Shown piece by piece: positions 47,137 through 57,936 of a stretch of DNA of 64,000 bases. The DNA comes from Solirubrobacterales bacterium (GTDB taxonomy: Bacteria > Actinomycetota > Thermoleophilia > Solirubrobacterales > JBBDJG01). The position numbers were made by a program, and so were the translations under genes. Where the stretch lies: positions 3,432 through 67,431 of the forward strand of contig JBBDJG010000026.1 in assembly GCA_040880005.1 (NCBI GenBank), given 5' to 3'. The notes beneath the pieces were generated by a model. The model was not told the DNA's origin. It did not search any database and saw only the letters and a list, made by a program, of their open reading frames with translations. The first letter of the stretch is position 1. Each line of letters starts with the position of its first letter.

Positions 47137-47661
47137 CTACGAGGGGGGAGCCCGCCATTCCCGCAGTTTTCCCCAACGTGGGTCTCCACCGGAGTCGTGA
47201 TGGTGCTCCGCCGCGTCCACCTCGTTGAGGTTCACGCCGCAGACCGCACACAGGCCCTGGCAGTCGTCTCGACACAGCAATCGTGTCGGCAGCGCCAGGG
47301 CAAACGCGTCGCGCGCCCAGGCGGTGAGATCGAGTTGACCACTCGTCATATAGGGGCTGTGCAGGTCTTCCTCTTCGCCCGGCTGATCGACCTCGCGGGC
47401 ATCGACTGCGATCGTGGGATGGGCGTCGTCGAGACAGCGCGTGCAGGTGCCCAGCAGGCGCGCTTCGAAGCGCAGACGAAGCGCGTAGCCGGACACCATT
47501 CGCGACAGATCGACGCGGGCCTCGACCGCCCCGTGCTCGACTTCGTAGCGCTCGCCGGCGAGCGTGACCGGCTGCACGCGCACACGCAGGTCGATCGAGC
47601 GCCCGTCCCCCGGGCGCAGGTCGAGGGTCGCGAGATCGAGCGTGTCGGCGAACTGGGCCAC
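47137..47661 (-). CDS. YceD/DUF177 family protein
   Basis: 174 aa with the C-terminal motif CRDDCQGLCAVCGVNLN. It occupies the conserved position upstream of rpmF. Confidence 0.8.
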   Translation of the reverse strand: MAQFADTLDLATLDLRPGDGRSIDLRVRVQPVTLAGERYEVEHGAVEARVDLSRMVSGYALRLRFEARLLGTCTRCLDDAHPTIAVDAREVDQPGEEEDLHSPYMTSGQLDLTAWARDAFALALPTRLLCRDDCQGLCAVCGVNLNEVDAAEHHHDSGGDPRWGKLREWRAPPS

Positions 47662-47670
47662 CGGGCTGGG

Positions 47671-48459
47671 CTAGCTGCCGGTGCGTTGCATCTGGCGCAG
47701 CGCGAACATCGCCATCAGAACCGCCAGGCCCGCAAGACACAGCAGCCCCGGCCACGTGTTGTGCCAGGTCACATCACCGACGAAGCCCTGCCTGACCGCC
47801 TCGAGCACTTGAGTCATCGGGTTGTACTTCGCGACCCAGTAGAGCCAGCCGGTCAGCAATGCCTGCGGAGCGTAGGCCGGAGTGAACAGCACGGCGATGA
47901 ATGTGGCCGACTGCATCAGGATTCCGGCCGACTGGCTGCGGAACTTGAGCGCGATGCCCGATGCGTAGCAGGCGACGACGGCCGCGAACGATGCCGCAAT
48001 CACGATCGCCAGTGCGAGCCCGAACACGCCGGGGAAGTGCGCGCCGAGCGCGAACCCGACCACCAGGATCATCGCCATCGGCATCAACGAGCGCATGCTT
48101 GCGGACAGCACTGTTCCTGCCAGCAATACGTAGCGCGGCGGAGGCGACACCAAGAGTCGATCGAACCAACCCAGTTCGATGTCGCGCGCGAGGTTGACAC
48201 CCGTTGCCGCACCGGTGAAGCCGGCTCCCTGAAGCAAGCTGACCGGCATGATGAAGCTGATGAACGTGTCCGTGGTGAAGCCGCGCAGGTCGGTCAGGTT
48301 CCCGAACACCGCCGTCAGGCCGATCATGAAGATCGTTGGAGCCAGCACTCCAGGGATGGCGGCGCCCGGCACGCGCACGACCTCGTTTACGGCACGGCGC
48401 ATCAGCGCCCAGATCGTGGCGAGCTGCGCGCGGGCCGGCATCGGCGCCGCGACGCCCAT
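47671..48459 (-). CDS. ABC-2 type transporter permease
   Basis: Track ORF 47671..48570 trimmed to ATG 48459. It is a multi-TM protein. Confidence 0.75.
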   Translation of the reverse strand: MGVAAPMPARAQLATIWALMRRAVNEVVRVPGAAIPGVLAPTIFMIGLTAVFGNLTDLRGFTTDTFISFIMPVSLLQGAGFTGAATGVNLARDIELGWFDRLLVSPPPRYVLLAGTVLSASMRSLMPMAMILVVGFALGAHFPGVFGLALAIVIAASFAAVVACYASGIALKFRSQSAGILMQSATFIAVLFTPAYAPQALLTGWLYWVAKYNPMTQVLEAVRQGFVGDVTWHNTWPGLLCLAGLAVLMAMFALRQMQRTGS

Positions 48460-48485
48460 GGGCCTGGTCGAAGCGTGCGCCTCCA

Positions 48486-49268
48486 CTATGCCGCCCTCAG
48501 CCTTCTGCGCATCGCCGAAGCACTCCAAAGCATGCCGACCAGCGCGACGATCGCGATCCCGGCCAGGCACTCGAGAGTCACCGCGCCCGTGATGTTGGCG
48601 ATCACCGGCTCACGCAGCCCGTCGGCGATGTAGCTCATCGGATTGACGTTGGCGACCGCCTTCGCCGGCTGCTCGAGCAGAGCCTGCGGGAAGTAGGCCG
48701 ACGACAGGAACAGGATCACGAACACCAAGGGGAACATTCCCTGCACCACGCTGACCCGCCCTGCGCGCAGTGCCAGGGCGGCGCCGATCCAGCCAAAGGC
48801 GCCTGCGGTCAGGCCAGAGAGAAGGATCACCAGCGCCACCGCCGCCACGCCTCCCTCGATGTGCGCCCCGAAGATCAGCCCGAGGCCGAGGAACCAGACT
48901 CCGACCATGAAGCCGAGCACGACGTTGGCCGACAGCCGTCCGAGGACCACCGACAGGCGCGAAATCGGCGCGGCCATCAGACGATCCATGAAGCCGGTCT
49001 CTATGTCGAGCGCGAGCGAGGTGCCGGCCGACACCGCTGAGAGCATCGCCGACTGGACGATCGCGCCAGCGAGCTGAAAGTCGAGGAACCCATGCACCGC
49101 GGGAAAGCCCGGCAGGTCCACCGCCGCACCCGCGCCTCCGGTGTTGACGGCCAGAAACAACGACGGGAAGACGAATACGGGCGCGAAGAACATCGGCCGC
49201 CGGAAAGCCTGGCGCAGCGAGCGCCGTCCTAGCGCGCCAACGACGCGTGCGCGCGTGGCGACGCTCAT
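48486..49268 (-). CDS. ABC-2 type transporter permease
   Basis: A 260-aa multi-TM protein whose start overlaps the stop of the ATPase gene. Confidence 0.75.
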   Translation of the reverse strand: MSVATRARVVGALGRRSLRQAFRRPMFFAPVFVFPSLFLAVNTGGAGAAVDLPGFPAVHGFLDFQLAGAIVQSAMLSAVSAGTSLALDIETGFMDRLMAAPISRLSVVLGRLSANVVLGFMVGVWFLGLGLIFGAHIEGGVAAVALVILLSGLTAGAFGWIGAALALRAGRVSVVQGMFPLVFVILFLSSAYFPQALLEQPAKAVANVNPMSYIADGLREPVIANITGAVTLECLAGIAIVALVGMLWSASAMRRRLRAA

Positions 49269-50218
49269 TCGGCCTGCTCTCCCTCTTCGCCCTCCAGGTG
49301 CCGGCCGGTCTTGGCGACGAAGACGTCGTCGAGGGTCGGCCGCATGATCTCGAGCGACTCGACCGCGACGCCGGCGTCGTCGAGAGCACGCACGATCGGA
49401 GCCAGGTCGCCCGCGCCTCGCTCGAGGCCGACACAGAGCCGGCCGTCCTTTGCCGGCATCAGCTCGCCGAAACGTGCAAGCACGTCGTTGGCCTTGGCTG
49501 CGCCTCCGTCGGCGATGCCCAGCTCGAGGTGCGACCGGCCGACCTCGGCCTTGAGCGCACCGGGCGTGCCTTCCGCGGTTATCCGGCCTCTGTCGATGAT
49601 CCCGACTCGGTCGGCGAGCTGGTCCGCCTCCTCCAGATACTGGGTCGTGAGGAAGACCGTCGTGCCCTCGCGGTTGAGCTTCTGGACCTCCTCCCAGATC
49701 GTCATACGGCTGACGGGGTCGAGCCCCGTCGTCGGCTCGTCGAGGAACAGCACTCGCGGCTCGTGCACCAGCGCCGACGCCATGTCGAGCCGGCGGCGCA
49801 TGCCACCCGAGTAGGTGCCGACACGGCGATCGGCCGCGTCGTCCAGCTCAACGCGTTCCAGCAGCGCGTCGCCGCGCTCGCGGGCCGCCGCGGCCGGCAG
49901 CCCGTGCAGGGTTGCCTGGAGCTGGATCAGCTCGCGCCCGGTCATCAGCGGGTCGAGCGCCGCCTCTTGGAGCGCGACGCCGATCGTCGCGCGGACACGG
50001 GCGGCCTCGCTGACGATGTCGTATCCGGCCACCGTCGCTCTGCCGCCGGTCGGTCGCAGCAGCGTAACGAGCATCCGCACGGTCGTCGTCTTGCCGGCGC
50101 CGTTGGGACCGAGGAACGCGTATATCTCGCCCTCCGATACCTCGAGGTCGATCCCGGCGACCGCCAACACCTCGTCCGAGAAGCGGCGTTCCAGTCCCTC
50201 TATCGAAATCGCGGCCAT
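49265..50218 (-). CDS. ABC transporter ATP-binding protein (DrrA-like)
   Basis: 317 aa. Motifs: GPNGAGKTTT, YSGGMRRRL and LFLDEPTTGLD. Confidence 0.9.
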   Translation of the reverse strand: MAAISIEGLERRFSDEVLAVAGIDLEVSEGEIYAFLGPNGAGKTTTVRMLVTLLRPTGGRATVAGYDIVSEAARVRATIGVALQEAALDPLMTGRELIQLQATLHGLPAAAARERGDALLERVELDDAADRRVGTYSGGMRRRLDMASALVHEPRVLFLDEPTTGLDPVSRMTIWEEVQKLNREGTTVFLTTQYLEEADQLADRVGIIDRGRITAEGTPGALKAEVGRSHLELGIADGGAAKANDVLARFGELMPAKDGRLCVGLERGAGDLAPIVRALDDAGVAVESLEIMRPTLDDVFVAKTGRHLEGEEGEQAE

Positions 50219-50282
50219 CGCCCCCCAATCGTAGTCGGAAGGCGAGCTCGCCCTATGTGCCGAGGATCACCCCCGGCCGGCT

Positions 50283-50750
50283 CTAGCCGACTTCGACCGG
50301 CTCTTGCTCTCGACCGGCGAGTCGATCGCGGCCGCGCTGAACGGCGGCGAGGAACTTCTCGAGGTTGACCTCGAGCGTGTTGAGGATCTCGTCGGCGTAA
50401 TCCTCGGCGCCGAGGCGGATCTCGCGGGCACGCGCGTTGGCGTCCTCGACGATCTCCTCGGCCTGACGCTCCGCCTGCTTGGTGATCTCCTCCTGGGAGA
50501 CGAGCCGCTGCTGCTGGTCGCGTGCTTCCTTGACGATGCGCTCGGCCTCGCGCTTGGCCTCGGCCAACATCTCCTGACGCTCCTTCACGATCCAGCGTGC
50601 CTGCTTGATCTCCTCGGGGATCGTGGCCCGCATCTGGTCGAGCAGATCGTAGATCTCCTCGCGATCCACGCGCACCTGGTCGGTGAGCGGGACCGGCTTT
50701 GCGTTGTGCACCAGGTCGTCGAGCTTGTCTATCAGTACGAGAACGTCCAC
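50283..50750 (-). CDS. coiled-coil protein of unknown function
   Basis: 155 aa with a charged heptad-like sequence (IKQARWIVKERQEMLAEAKREAERIVKEARDQQQRL). Confidence 0.6.
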   Translation of the reverse strand: MDVLVLIDKLDDLVHNAKPVPLTDQVRVDREEIYDLLDQMRATIPEEIKQARWIVKERQEMLAEAKREAERIVKEARDQQQRLVSQEEITKQAERQAEEIVEDANARAREIRLGAEDYADEILNTLEVNLEKFLAAVQRGRDRLAGREQEPVEVG

Positions 50751-50809
50751 GAATGGCCTCCAGGCCTGCTGTCGATCGTTTTTAGGTTACGTCCTTGGTT
50801 CCCAAATGA

Positions 50810-51319
50810 CTACTGCTTGCTCTCCCTTGCCAAGCGATCGTGCAACGCCTCCGCGACTCCGTCCGGCACCAAGTCGGCAACGCTTGCACCAAACGTCGCC
50901 ATCTCCTTGATGCCGCTGGAGCTGAGAAAGCTGTACTGAGGCGAAGCCATCAGGTACACGCTCTCGATGTCCGACGCCAGTCTGCGGTTGAGTTGGTTCA
51001 TCTCGAACTCGTACTCGAAGTCCGAAATGGCCCTCAACCCCTTCACCAGCGCACGAGCACCGTGCTTGCGGGCAAAATCGACCAGCAGGGTATCAAAGAT
51101 CTCGACCTCGACGTTGGCCAGTTTCTCCGTCGCTTGCAGGGCAAAAGACTCCCTTTCCATCGCCGTGAAGAGCGTTTCCTGCTTGCGCAGCGGCTGATTC
51201 ACAACCCCCACGACAACCGTGTCGAATATGTGAGCCGCCCTTTCGATCACGTCCATGTGGCCATACGTGATCGGGTCGTAGGAGCCCGGGCAGATTGCGA
51301 TCTTGGGTTCAGGTGCCAT
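50810..51319 (-). CDS. coaD: phosphopantetheine adenylyltransferase
   Basis: 169 aa with CPGSYDPITYGHMDVI. Confidence 0.95.
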   Translation of the reverse strand: MAPEPKIAICPGSYDPITYGHMDVIERAAHIFDTVVVGVVNQPLRKQETLFTAMERESFALQATEKLANVEVEIFDTLLVDFARKHGARALVKGLRAISDFEYEFEMNQLNRRLASDIESVYLMASPQYSFLSSSGIKEMATFGASVADLVPDGVAEALHDRLARESKQ

Positions 51320-51872
51320 CTGGATTCGCCTTCGAGTGTATGACGATCAGCGTGTCACCGTAGCGACGCTCGACGACGACGACAAGCTCGGGCAGATCGA
51401 GTCGGAGGGGATGTCTGTATGAGCTTTCGCATAGCACGCGCGCCCCGGAACTCAACACCGGCACAAGCAGACCGCCCAATTCATTTGCGAGGCGACCGGC
51501 GAGTTTATAGGGAGGATCACAGAAGGCCAAGTCCCACCGATCGCCGTGGCGGGCGGCACCGCGCAGAAAGCTGATCGCATCGGCGCGAAAGACCTTGGCC
51601 GCGTCATCTTCAATGCCGAGCCGTTCGATGTTGGCCTCAACGGTCGCGGTCGCGCCGCGGTCCGAATCCACGAACGTCGCACTGGCGGCGCCGCGAGAAA
51701 GACCCTCGATGCCAAGCGCTCCCGAGCCCGCGAACAGATCGAGCACGCTCGATTGCTCGATCGTCCCGAGCATGCTGAAGGCGGCCTCGCGCACCCGATC
51801 CCCGGTGGGTCGCGCCGACCCGCGAGGCGCAGAGATTCGCTGGCCCTTGAACGCTCCAGCGATGACGCGCAC
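51309..51872 (-). CDS. rsmD: 16S rRNA (guanine966-N2)-methyltransferase RsmD
   Basis: 187 aa with VLDLFAGSGALGIEGLSRGA and DPPY. Confidence 0.9.
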   Translation of the reverse strand: MRVIAGAFKGQRISAPRGSARPTGDRVREAAFSMLGTIEQSSVLDLFAGSGALGIEGLSRGAASATFVDSDRGATATVEANIERLGIEDDAAKVFRADAISFLRGAARHGDRWDLAFCDPPYKLAGRLANELGGLLVPVLSSGARVLCESSYRHPLRLDLPELVVVVERRYGDTLIVIHSKANPDGT

Positions 51873-51881
51873 GTCGCCGAC

Positions 51882-54089
51882 CTACGCTGCGATCGGCGTG
51901 GCTTCCGCCGCGCCGTGACGGCGTTCGAGCGCGACTCGCAACAACGCGTTCTCGGGATCGCGCAGCTCCGGGTCCGCGGCCAGCAACTCGATCGCCCAGC
52001 GACGCGCGTGCTCGAGCAGTTGCGAGTCCTCCGGGAGCCGCGCGGCGCGAAACTCGGGCAGGCCGTGCTGCTTGGTCCCGAGCAGGTCCCCCTCGCCGCG
52101 AAGCTGCAGGTCGATCTCGGCGAGCTTGAAGCCGTCACGCTCCGCTGCCACGGCCTTGAGGCGGCGATTGCCGAGCTGCGAACGCGATCCGGCGAAGAGC
52201 ATGCACAACGACTCGTGTTCGCCGCGCCCCACGCGACCTCGCAGCTGATGGAGTTGCGAGATCCCGTAGCGATCGGCCTCCTCCACCATCATCACGGTTG
52301 CGTTCGGCACGTCGATGCCGACTTCGATCACGCTTGTGGAGACCAGCACGTTCGTCTCACCCGACACGAAACGCGCCATCGCCTCGCGCTTGCGCACGGC
52401 GGGCATTTGCCCATGCATCACGTCGACCCGGAAGTCGGCGAACTCTCCTGCGGCGAGGTGTCGTGCCTCGTGCGTTGCCGCGCGCGCCTGTAGCTGCTCG
52501 GACTCCTCCACCAGCGGGCAAACCACGTAGCACTGGCGTCCCTCGCGCAGGCGGGCACGTATGAGCTCGTACGCATCGGCCCGTTCGGGCTCGGATACCA
52601 CCCGGGTCTGCACCGCCTTGCGCCCCGCGGGCAGCTCGCGCAGCGCCGTGGTGTGCAGGTCCCCGTAGAGGGTCAGCGACAGCGTTCGGGGAATCGGAGT
52701 CGCCGTCAGATGGAGCAAGTGGGGCGCGAGCATGCCGGGAGCTTTGGCGTCGAGCGCGCCTCGCTGTCGCACGCCGAAGCGGTGCTGCTCATCGACGACC
52801 GCGAGCGCGAGCTGCTCGAACTCGACCGCGTCTTGGATCAACGCATGCGTGCCCACCAGCAGGCGCAGCTCTCCGCTGGCCAGCCGCGCAAGGATCTCGC
52901 GCCGTTCGCGTGCCGGCGTCGAGCCGGTCAGCAGGGCGACGGGCGCGCCGAGTCGCGTCGATTCGATGCCGGCGAACAGGTCCGGGCCGACCAGACGCTC
53001 GATCGTCGCGTAGTGCTGCTCAGCCAGAGTCTCCGTGGGCGCCATCAGCGCCGCCTGCTTGCCGGCCTCCGCGGCCCGCAGCATCGCGTACAGCGCGACG
53101 ACGGTCTTGCCCGAGCCGACCTCTCCCATCAACAGCCGCTGCATCGGATGACCGCTGACGAGGTCCTCGTCGATCGCACCAAGCGCCTCGTGCTGACTCG
53201 TCGTCAGCTCGAACGGAAGCGAATCCAGCCAGCGTGCGATCAGCTCGCCCGGCTCGCGCAGCTGTTCGGCGTTACGTTCCTCGCGATTTGCGCTCCTGCG
53301 CAGCACGAGCGCGAGCTGGAACAACAGCAGCTCCTCGAACGCCAGTCTGCGACGCGCCGGCTCGACCTGCTCGATCGACTCCGGCCAGTGTGCCACGGTC
53401 AGCGCATCGGCCTTGCCGGGGAGCCGGTCGCGCGCGCGAATACGGGCGGGCAGGGGTTCGAGCGCGTGTTGCACGAGGTCCCGCGACGCCCAAACCATGT
53501 CACGAAGCTTTCGGGCCGAGAGACCCTCGGTCGCCGGGTACACGGCCACCAGCCCGGTCGTGTGGCGACCGTCGGCCTGCTCGGACCCGCGCCGGATCTC
53601 GTGCTCGGCGACGCGGAACACGGGACCACCGCGAGCCGCCCGCAGGGTGCCGCGCAGCAGCACGCGCGTATCGTCGGTGAGCTGATCGGCCAGGTAGGCC
53701 TGGTTGAACCAGACCGCCCGCATCGGACCCGAATCGTCGGCAACCTCACATTCGAGCATCGTCAGGTTGCGACGCCGGGTCGGGTGGACCCGGCACGAGC
53801 GAACGCGCACATCAACAGTGGCCTGCTCGCCGAGCGCAAGCTCGGAGACAGCGCTCGGTCCCTCGTAGTCTCGATAGTCGAACGGCATGTAACCAAGCAG
53901 GTCACCCAGCGTTGACAGACCCAGCCTGGCCGCCTTCGCAGCCAGCGCCGGCCCCACGCCCGGCAGCGTGGTGAGCGACCGGTCGAGGGGGCTCGGCCGC
54001 CGCCCATGGGTGGCCTGAAGCAGCTTCGCGCGGTTGGGCGCTCGGCCGCCGCCCAGGACGAAGGATTGCGATGAGCGCGACACGTTCAC
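51882..54089 (-). CDS. recG: ATP-dependent DNA helicase RecG
   Basis: 735 aa. It has a wedge domain and the helicase motifs GEVGSGKTVVAL and VVDEQHRFG. Confidence 0.95.
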   Translation of the reverse strand: MNVSRSSQSFVLGGGRAPNRAKLLQATHGRRPSPLDRSLTTLPGVGPALAAKAARLGLSTLGDLLGYMPFDYRDYEGPSAVSELALGEQATVDVRVRSCRVHPTRRRNLTMLECEVADDSGPMRAVWFNQAYLADQLTDDTRVLLRGTLRAARGGPVFRVAEHEIRRGSEQADGRHTTGLVAVYPATEGLSARKLRDMVWASRDLVQHALEPLPARIRARDRLPGKADALTVAHWPESIEQVEPARRRLAFEELLLFQLALVLRRSANREERNAEQLREPGELIARWLDSLPFELTTSQHEALGAIDEDLVSGHPMQRLLMGEVGSGKTVVALYAMLRAAEAGKQAALMAPTETLAEQHYATIERLVGPDLFAGIESTRLGAPVALLTGSTPARERREILARLASGELRLLVGTHALIQDAVEFEQLALAVVDEQHRFGVRQRGALDAKAPGMLAPHLLHLTATPIPRTLSLTLYGDLHTTALRELPAGRKAVQTRVVSEPERADAYELIRARLREGRQCYVVCPLVEESEQLQARAATHEARHLAAGEFADFRVDVMHGQMPAVRKREAMARFVSGETNVLVSTSVIEVGIDVPNATVMMVEEADRYGISQLHQLRGRVGRGEHESLCMLFAGSRSQLGNRRLKAVAAERDGFKLAEIDLQLRGEGDLLGTKQHGLPEFRAARLPEDSQLLEHARRWAIELLAADPELRDPENALLRVALERRHGAAEATPIAA

Positions 54090-54143
54090 GTACCAATTAA
54101 GCGCGATCGCCCGGACGTGAAGCGAGCGAAGCGGGCGACATCC

Positions 54144-55814
54144 CTACTCGGCCGCCAGCAGCCACCAGTAGTGGGGCTGGTCGCCCGCGTGTCCTTCGAG
54201 CTCCAGGCCCTCGGGAGCGAGTGCATCGACCGCATCGCGGTCGAGTGGAGCCCCCTGGCCGGCGAACCACGTCACAAGCTCACATGACTGCCCAAGCTGT
54301 TCGAGCACGGTGCGCAGCGTCCGCTCGACGTCACCCCAGGCGACGATCTGCTCGTCCAAGAAGCCGACGGCCTCTCCCGAGCGAAAACGCCCCTTCCTGT
54401 CGTCACGGGCCGCGGGCGCCACGGCGCCGATCCGCACGCCAGCCAGGACACTCCGAAGCCTGTCCGCGTTGCGAGCGGCATCGACGTTCGAGTCGTGCTC
54501 GACCAGGATCGCCAGCCCGGCCTGCTGGTGGTGCGACTCCACCACCTCCACGGTCTTCTCCGACAACTCTGCTGCACGGTCGGCGGCCATTACGACGTTG
54601 CGACTGTTCGGTAGCACGATCACCTGCTCGGCCGGAACACTGTGAATGCCGGCGAGGATTTCGAACGTGCTCGGGTTCAGCGTCGCTCCGCCTTCGACGA
54701 CGTGCGCCCCCAGTCTCTCGTAGAGGTTGCGCATGCCCGCGCCTGCTGCGACCGCCACGACACCGCAAGCGATCTCCACCTCGCTCGCCGCAACGCTCGC
54801 ACCGTTGCCTTCAGAGGCGCGCAGACGCGCGGTACGCTGCTGCTCCTGCTCGTGCATGTCAGCCACGTCGAGCCGCTGAACCGTCCCTTCGTTCTCGAAC
54901 AGCGCGACCGCGCGCTCCGGCTCGTCGGTGTGGACGTGAACGCGGATCGTTTCCGCGTCGCCCACAACGAGGATCGAATCGCCGATCTCCTCGAGGCCGG
55001 GCACGTACGCGCGGCCTTCCTCGAGGCCCTTGCCCGCGACGACGAAGTTCGTGCAGTACCGGTAGAGACTCGACTCGTGCTCCCCTTCGTGCAGCGGCAC
55101 CACGTGGTGATGCGCGACCACTGGGGCCGCAGCCTGCTGTCCGCGCAAGCCCGCTATCAGTCCAGCGATGATCACCGTCATTCCATAGCCGCCGGCGTCG
55201 ACGACACCGTGCTCGCGCAGCACCGGGAGAAGGTCGGGCCCGCGCTCGACGGAGGCCTCGGCGGCCTCGAGTGCCTTTTCGAGCACGTCGGCCAGCAGCG
55301 CGTCCTGCTCGGAGTCGCTGGCACCGGGCTCGAGCCGTTTCTTTTCCATGTGAGCAAGCTCGGTGGCAACTCTGTGGGCCATCTCGCGGATCACCGTGAT
55401 CATCGTGCCCTCGGCAGGATTGCGAACCGACGCGTACGCGGCGTCGGCCGCGCGGGCGAGCGCCGACGAGACCAGCACCGGATCGACCAGCTCGCCGGGC
55501 CGGCTGGTCAGCTCCTCGGCCGCCCCGCGAACGATCTGCGAGAGGATCACGCCGCTGTTGCCGCGCGCGCCGAGCAGCGCCGCGGTTGCGACCGCCTGGA
55601 CGATCTCGTCACGACCCACGTCGTCCACGACCTGGCCGTTGAGGCGGTTCAGCTCTTCCATCACGGCGCGCAGCGTCTGCGTCATGTTGTCGCCCGTGTC
55701 GCCGTCGGCAACCGGGAAGACGTTGAGGTCGTTGACCTCCTGGCGGCGCTCCTCGAGCTGCGCGCACGCGGTGGCGACAACTCTGCGGAAGCGCTCTATC
55801 GAGGGATCGGCCAC
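54144..55814 (-). CDS. DAK2 domain fusion protein (YloV family)
   Basis: 556 aa with an N-terminal DhaL-like motif PVADGDTGDNM. Confidence 0.85.
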   Translation of the reverse strand: MADPSIERFRRVVATACAQLEERRQEVNDLNVFPVADGDTGDNMTQTLRAVMEELNRLNGQVVDDVGRDEIVQAVATAALLGARGNSGVILSQIVRGAAEELTSRPGELVDPVLVSSALARAADAAYASVRNPAEGTMITVIREMAHRVATELAHMEKKRLEPGASDSEQDALLADVLEKALEAAEASVERGPDLLPVLREHGVVDAGGYGMTVIIAGLIAGLRGQQAAAPVVAHHHVVPLHEGEHESSLYRYCTNFVVAGKGLEEGRAYVPGLEEIGDSILVVGDAETIRVHVHTDEPERAVALFENEGTVQRLDVADMHEQEQQRTARLRASEGNGASVAASEVEIACGVVAVAAGAGMRNLYERLGAHVVEGGATLNPSTFEILAGIHSVPAEQVIVLPNSRNVVMAADRAAELSEKTVEVVESHHQQAGLAILVEHDSNVDAARNADRLRSVLAGVRIGAVAPAARDDRKGRFRSGEAVGFLDEQIVAWGDVERTLRTVLEQLGQSCELVTWFAGQGAPLDRDAVDALAPEGLELEGHAGDQPHYWWLLAAE

Positions 55815-55871
55815 GATCAGCGAAAAGCTATGACATCCGGGCGGACAGGTCCAGGCGGGAAACCGGGCCCG

Positions 55872-56063
55872 TTAGGCGTACTTCACGACCTTGCCCGACT
55901 TCAGGCAGCGCGTGCAGACGTACACGCGACGTGGTGTGCCCCGGTCGTCGATGCGCACTCTCTGGAGATTGGGATTGAAGCGTCGCTTGCTGGCGACCAT
56001 CGAGTGGCTGCGACTGTTGCCGAAAGCCGGCTTGCGGCCGCAGGAATGGCAGACCTTGGACAT
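55872..56063 (-). CDS. rpmB: 50S ribosomal protein L28
   Basis: 63 aa. Sequence: MSKVCHSCGRKPAFGNSRSHSMVASKRRFNPNLQRVRI. Confidence 0.9.
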   Translation of the reverse strand: MSKVCHSCGRKPAFGNSRSHSMVASKRRFNPNLQRVRIDDRGTPRRVYVCTRCLKSGKVVKYA

Positions 56064-56141
56064 GAGAGAAGGTAGTTTAGTGGGGCGGCCGTCAGGCCGG
56101 CCTTCAGGACTTTAGGTGGGGCCGAAGGCGCCCATTTTTCT

Positions 56142-56591
56142 CTAGCGTGCTGCCAGCCGAGCCATCTGCATGACCGTGCGTGCAGCGTCGCGACCCGAGT
56201 CCCGGGTCTCCCCGCCCGAGCGTGCCAGCGCCTGGCCCATGCTCGCTACCGTCAGCACGCCGAAGGCGCACGGCACCCCGGTCTCGAGCTGCACGCGCTG
56301 AATCCCCTGGGCGGCAGCCTCGCACACGAACGTGTAGTGGTCGGTCTCGCCCTGGATCACCGCACCGAGGCACGCCACCCCCGCATAGCGACCCGACAGC
56401 GCGCATTCCCTGGCCGCGAACGCAAGCTCGAATGCCCCCGGGACCTCGAACAGGTCGATCCTCGACTTGTCGATGCCCTCTTCCGCGAACCCTTTCAACG
56501 CGCCGCCGGTCAGGCGCTCGGCAAGCTCCTCATAGAAGGTGGCGCGGACGATCGCGAAGCGGGCGTCCGCCGCGAGCGCGGTGTCATTCAC
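56142..56591 (-). CDS. ribH: 6,7-dimethyl-8-ribityllumazine synthase
   Basis: Track ORF 56142..56753 trimmed to GTG 56591, which overlaps the ribBA stop as GTGAATGA. Contains FAIVRATFYEEL...VPGAFELAFAA...LGAVIQGETDHY. Confidence 0.9.
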   Translation of the reverse strand: MNDTALAADARFAIVRATFYEELAERLTGGALKGFAEEGIDKSRIDLFEVPGAFELAFAARECALSGRYAGVACLGAVIQGETDHYTFVCEAAAQGIQRVQLETGVPCAFGVLTVASMGQALARSGGETRDSGRDAARTVMQMARLAAR

Positions 56592-57936
56592 CGCGAGGCT
56601 CGGACTCCAGATCCGACTGTTCGACCAGCCCCGCAACGAGGCGAGACTCGACGTCCCGTTTGCGGTCGGTTTCGCGCTCTGAGCTGAGCATCTCCTCGTC
56701 GAGCGGAAGCCCCTGGTGGTGCAGCATGTGGCCCATCTTCTCGCGCTTGGCATTCAGGTATTCGCGATTGTGCTCGCCCGGCGGTCGTTCAATCGGTATC
56801 TGATCCGTGACTTCGAGACCGTAGCCTTCGAGGCCGACGATTTTCTTCGGGTTGTTGGTCAGAATGCGGATTCGCTTCAGCCCGAGGTCAACGAGGATCT
56901 GCGCGCCAATCCCGTAGTCGCGCAGATCCGCGGGCAGCCCAAGCTCGATGTTGGCGTCCACCGTGTCGAGCCCGTCCTCCTGGAGCTTGTAGGCGCGTAA
57001 CTTGTTCAGCAGCCCGATGCCGCGACCTTCCTGGGCCAGGTAGAGCAGCACGCCCAAGCCCTCCGCCTCGATGCGACCGAGCGCGTCCTCGAGTTGCGCT
57101 CCGCAGTCGCAGCGCAGCGAGTGGAACACGTCGCCGGTAAGGCACTCGGAATGCACTCTCACTATCACCGATTCGCCACGGTCGGCTGCCGCGCGAACGT
57201 CGCCCTTGACAAGGGCGACGTGGTGTTTGTCGTCCTGCAGCGCTCGATAGCCGACGACCTCGAAGTCGCCATGCTCGGTGGGGAGCTGCGCCTCGGCGAC
57301 CCGTTCGACCAGCTTCTCGGTCCGCCGGCGGTATGAGATCAGGTCCGCGACCGTGATCATCTTGAGGTCGTGCCGCCTGCAGTATGGGACCAGGTCCTTG
57401 ACCCGCGCCATCGTTCCGTCCTCGTTCATGATTTCGCAGATCACGGCGGCGGGTATCAGGCCGGCGAGTCGCGCCAGATCAACGCCCGCCTCGGTCTGAC
57501 CGGTGCGCTCGAGCACGCCGCCGGATCGCGCCTTGAGCGGGAAGACGTGGCCTGGCTGCACGATCTCGTCCTTGCTCGCGCGCGGATCGATCGCCACCTG
57601 GATCGTCCGCGCCCGGTCGTGAGCGGAAATTCCCGTCGTTACCCCTTCGCGCGCCTCGATCGAGACCGTGAACGCTGTTTCGAAGGCCGACTCGTTCTTC
57701 GCCGCCATCAGATCGAGGCCAAGCTCCTCGCAGCGCTCGGGCGTCAACGCAAGGCAGATCAGCCCGCGCCCCTCCCGTGCCATGAAGTTGATCGCGTCGG
57801 GCGTCGCAAACTGTGCGGCAAGGGTGAGGTCGCCCTCGTTCTCGCGGTCCTCGGCATCGCAGACCACGACCATCTTTCCCGCTCGAATGTCTTCAAGCGC
57901 CTCTTCGACGGTGCTGAATGCGGGGTCTTGTGTCAT
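56584..57936 (-). CDS. ribBA: bifunctional 3,4-dihydroxy-2-butanone-4-phosphate synthase / GTP cyclohydrolase II
   Basis: 450 aa. Motifs: [11 protein letters not shown] (the DHBP synthase part) and [13 protein letters not shown]...CDCG (the GCH II part). It has a ~45-aa acidic C-terminal tail. Confidence 0.95.
   Translation of the reverse strand: MTQDPAFSTVEEALEDIRAGKMVVVCDAEDRENEGDLTLAAQFATPDAINFMAREGRGLICLALTPERCEELGLDLMAAKNESAFETAFTVSIEAREGVTTGISAHDRARTIQVAIDPRASKDEIVQPGHVFPLKARSGGVLERTGQTEAGVDLARLAGLIPAAVICEIMNEDGTMARVKDLVPYCRRHDLKMITVADLISYRRRTEKLVERVAEAQLPTEHGDFEVVGYRALQDDKHHVALVKGDVRAAADRGESVIVRVHSECLTGDVFHSLRCDCGAQLEDALGRIEAEGLGVLLYLAQEGRGIGLLNKLRAYKLQEDGLDTVDANIELGLPADLRDYGIGAQILVDLGLKRIRILTNNPKKIVGLEGYGLEVTDQIPIERPPGEHNREYLNAKREKMGHMLHHQGLPLDEEMLSSERETDRKRDVESRLVAGLVEQSDLESEPRGE

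Noticed and set aside
56118-56139. A small GC hairpin followed by T5, resembling a plus-strand intrinsic terminator, between ribH and rpmB.
   Set aside because: There is no plus-strand gene upstream of it for many kb. It is more likely a hairpin terminator for ribH read on the other strand, or incidental, so I do not claim it as a feature.
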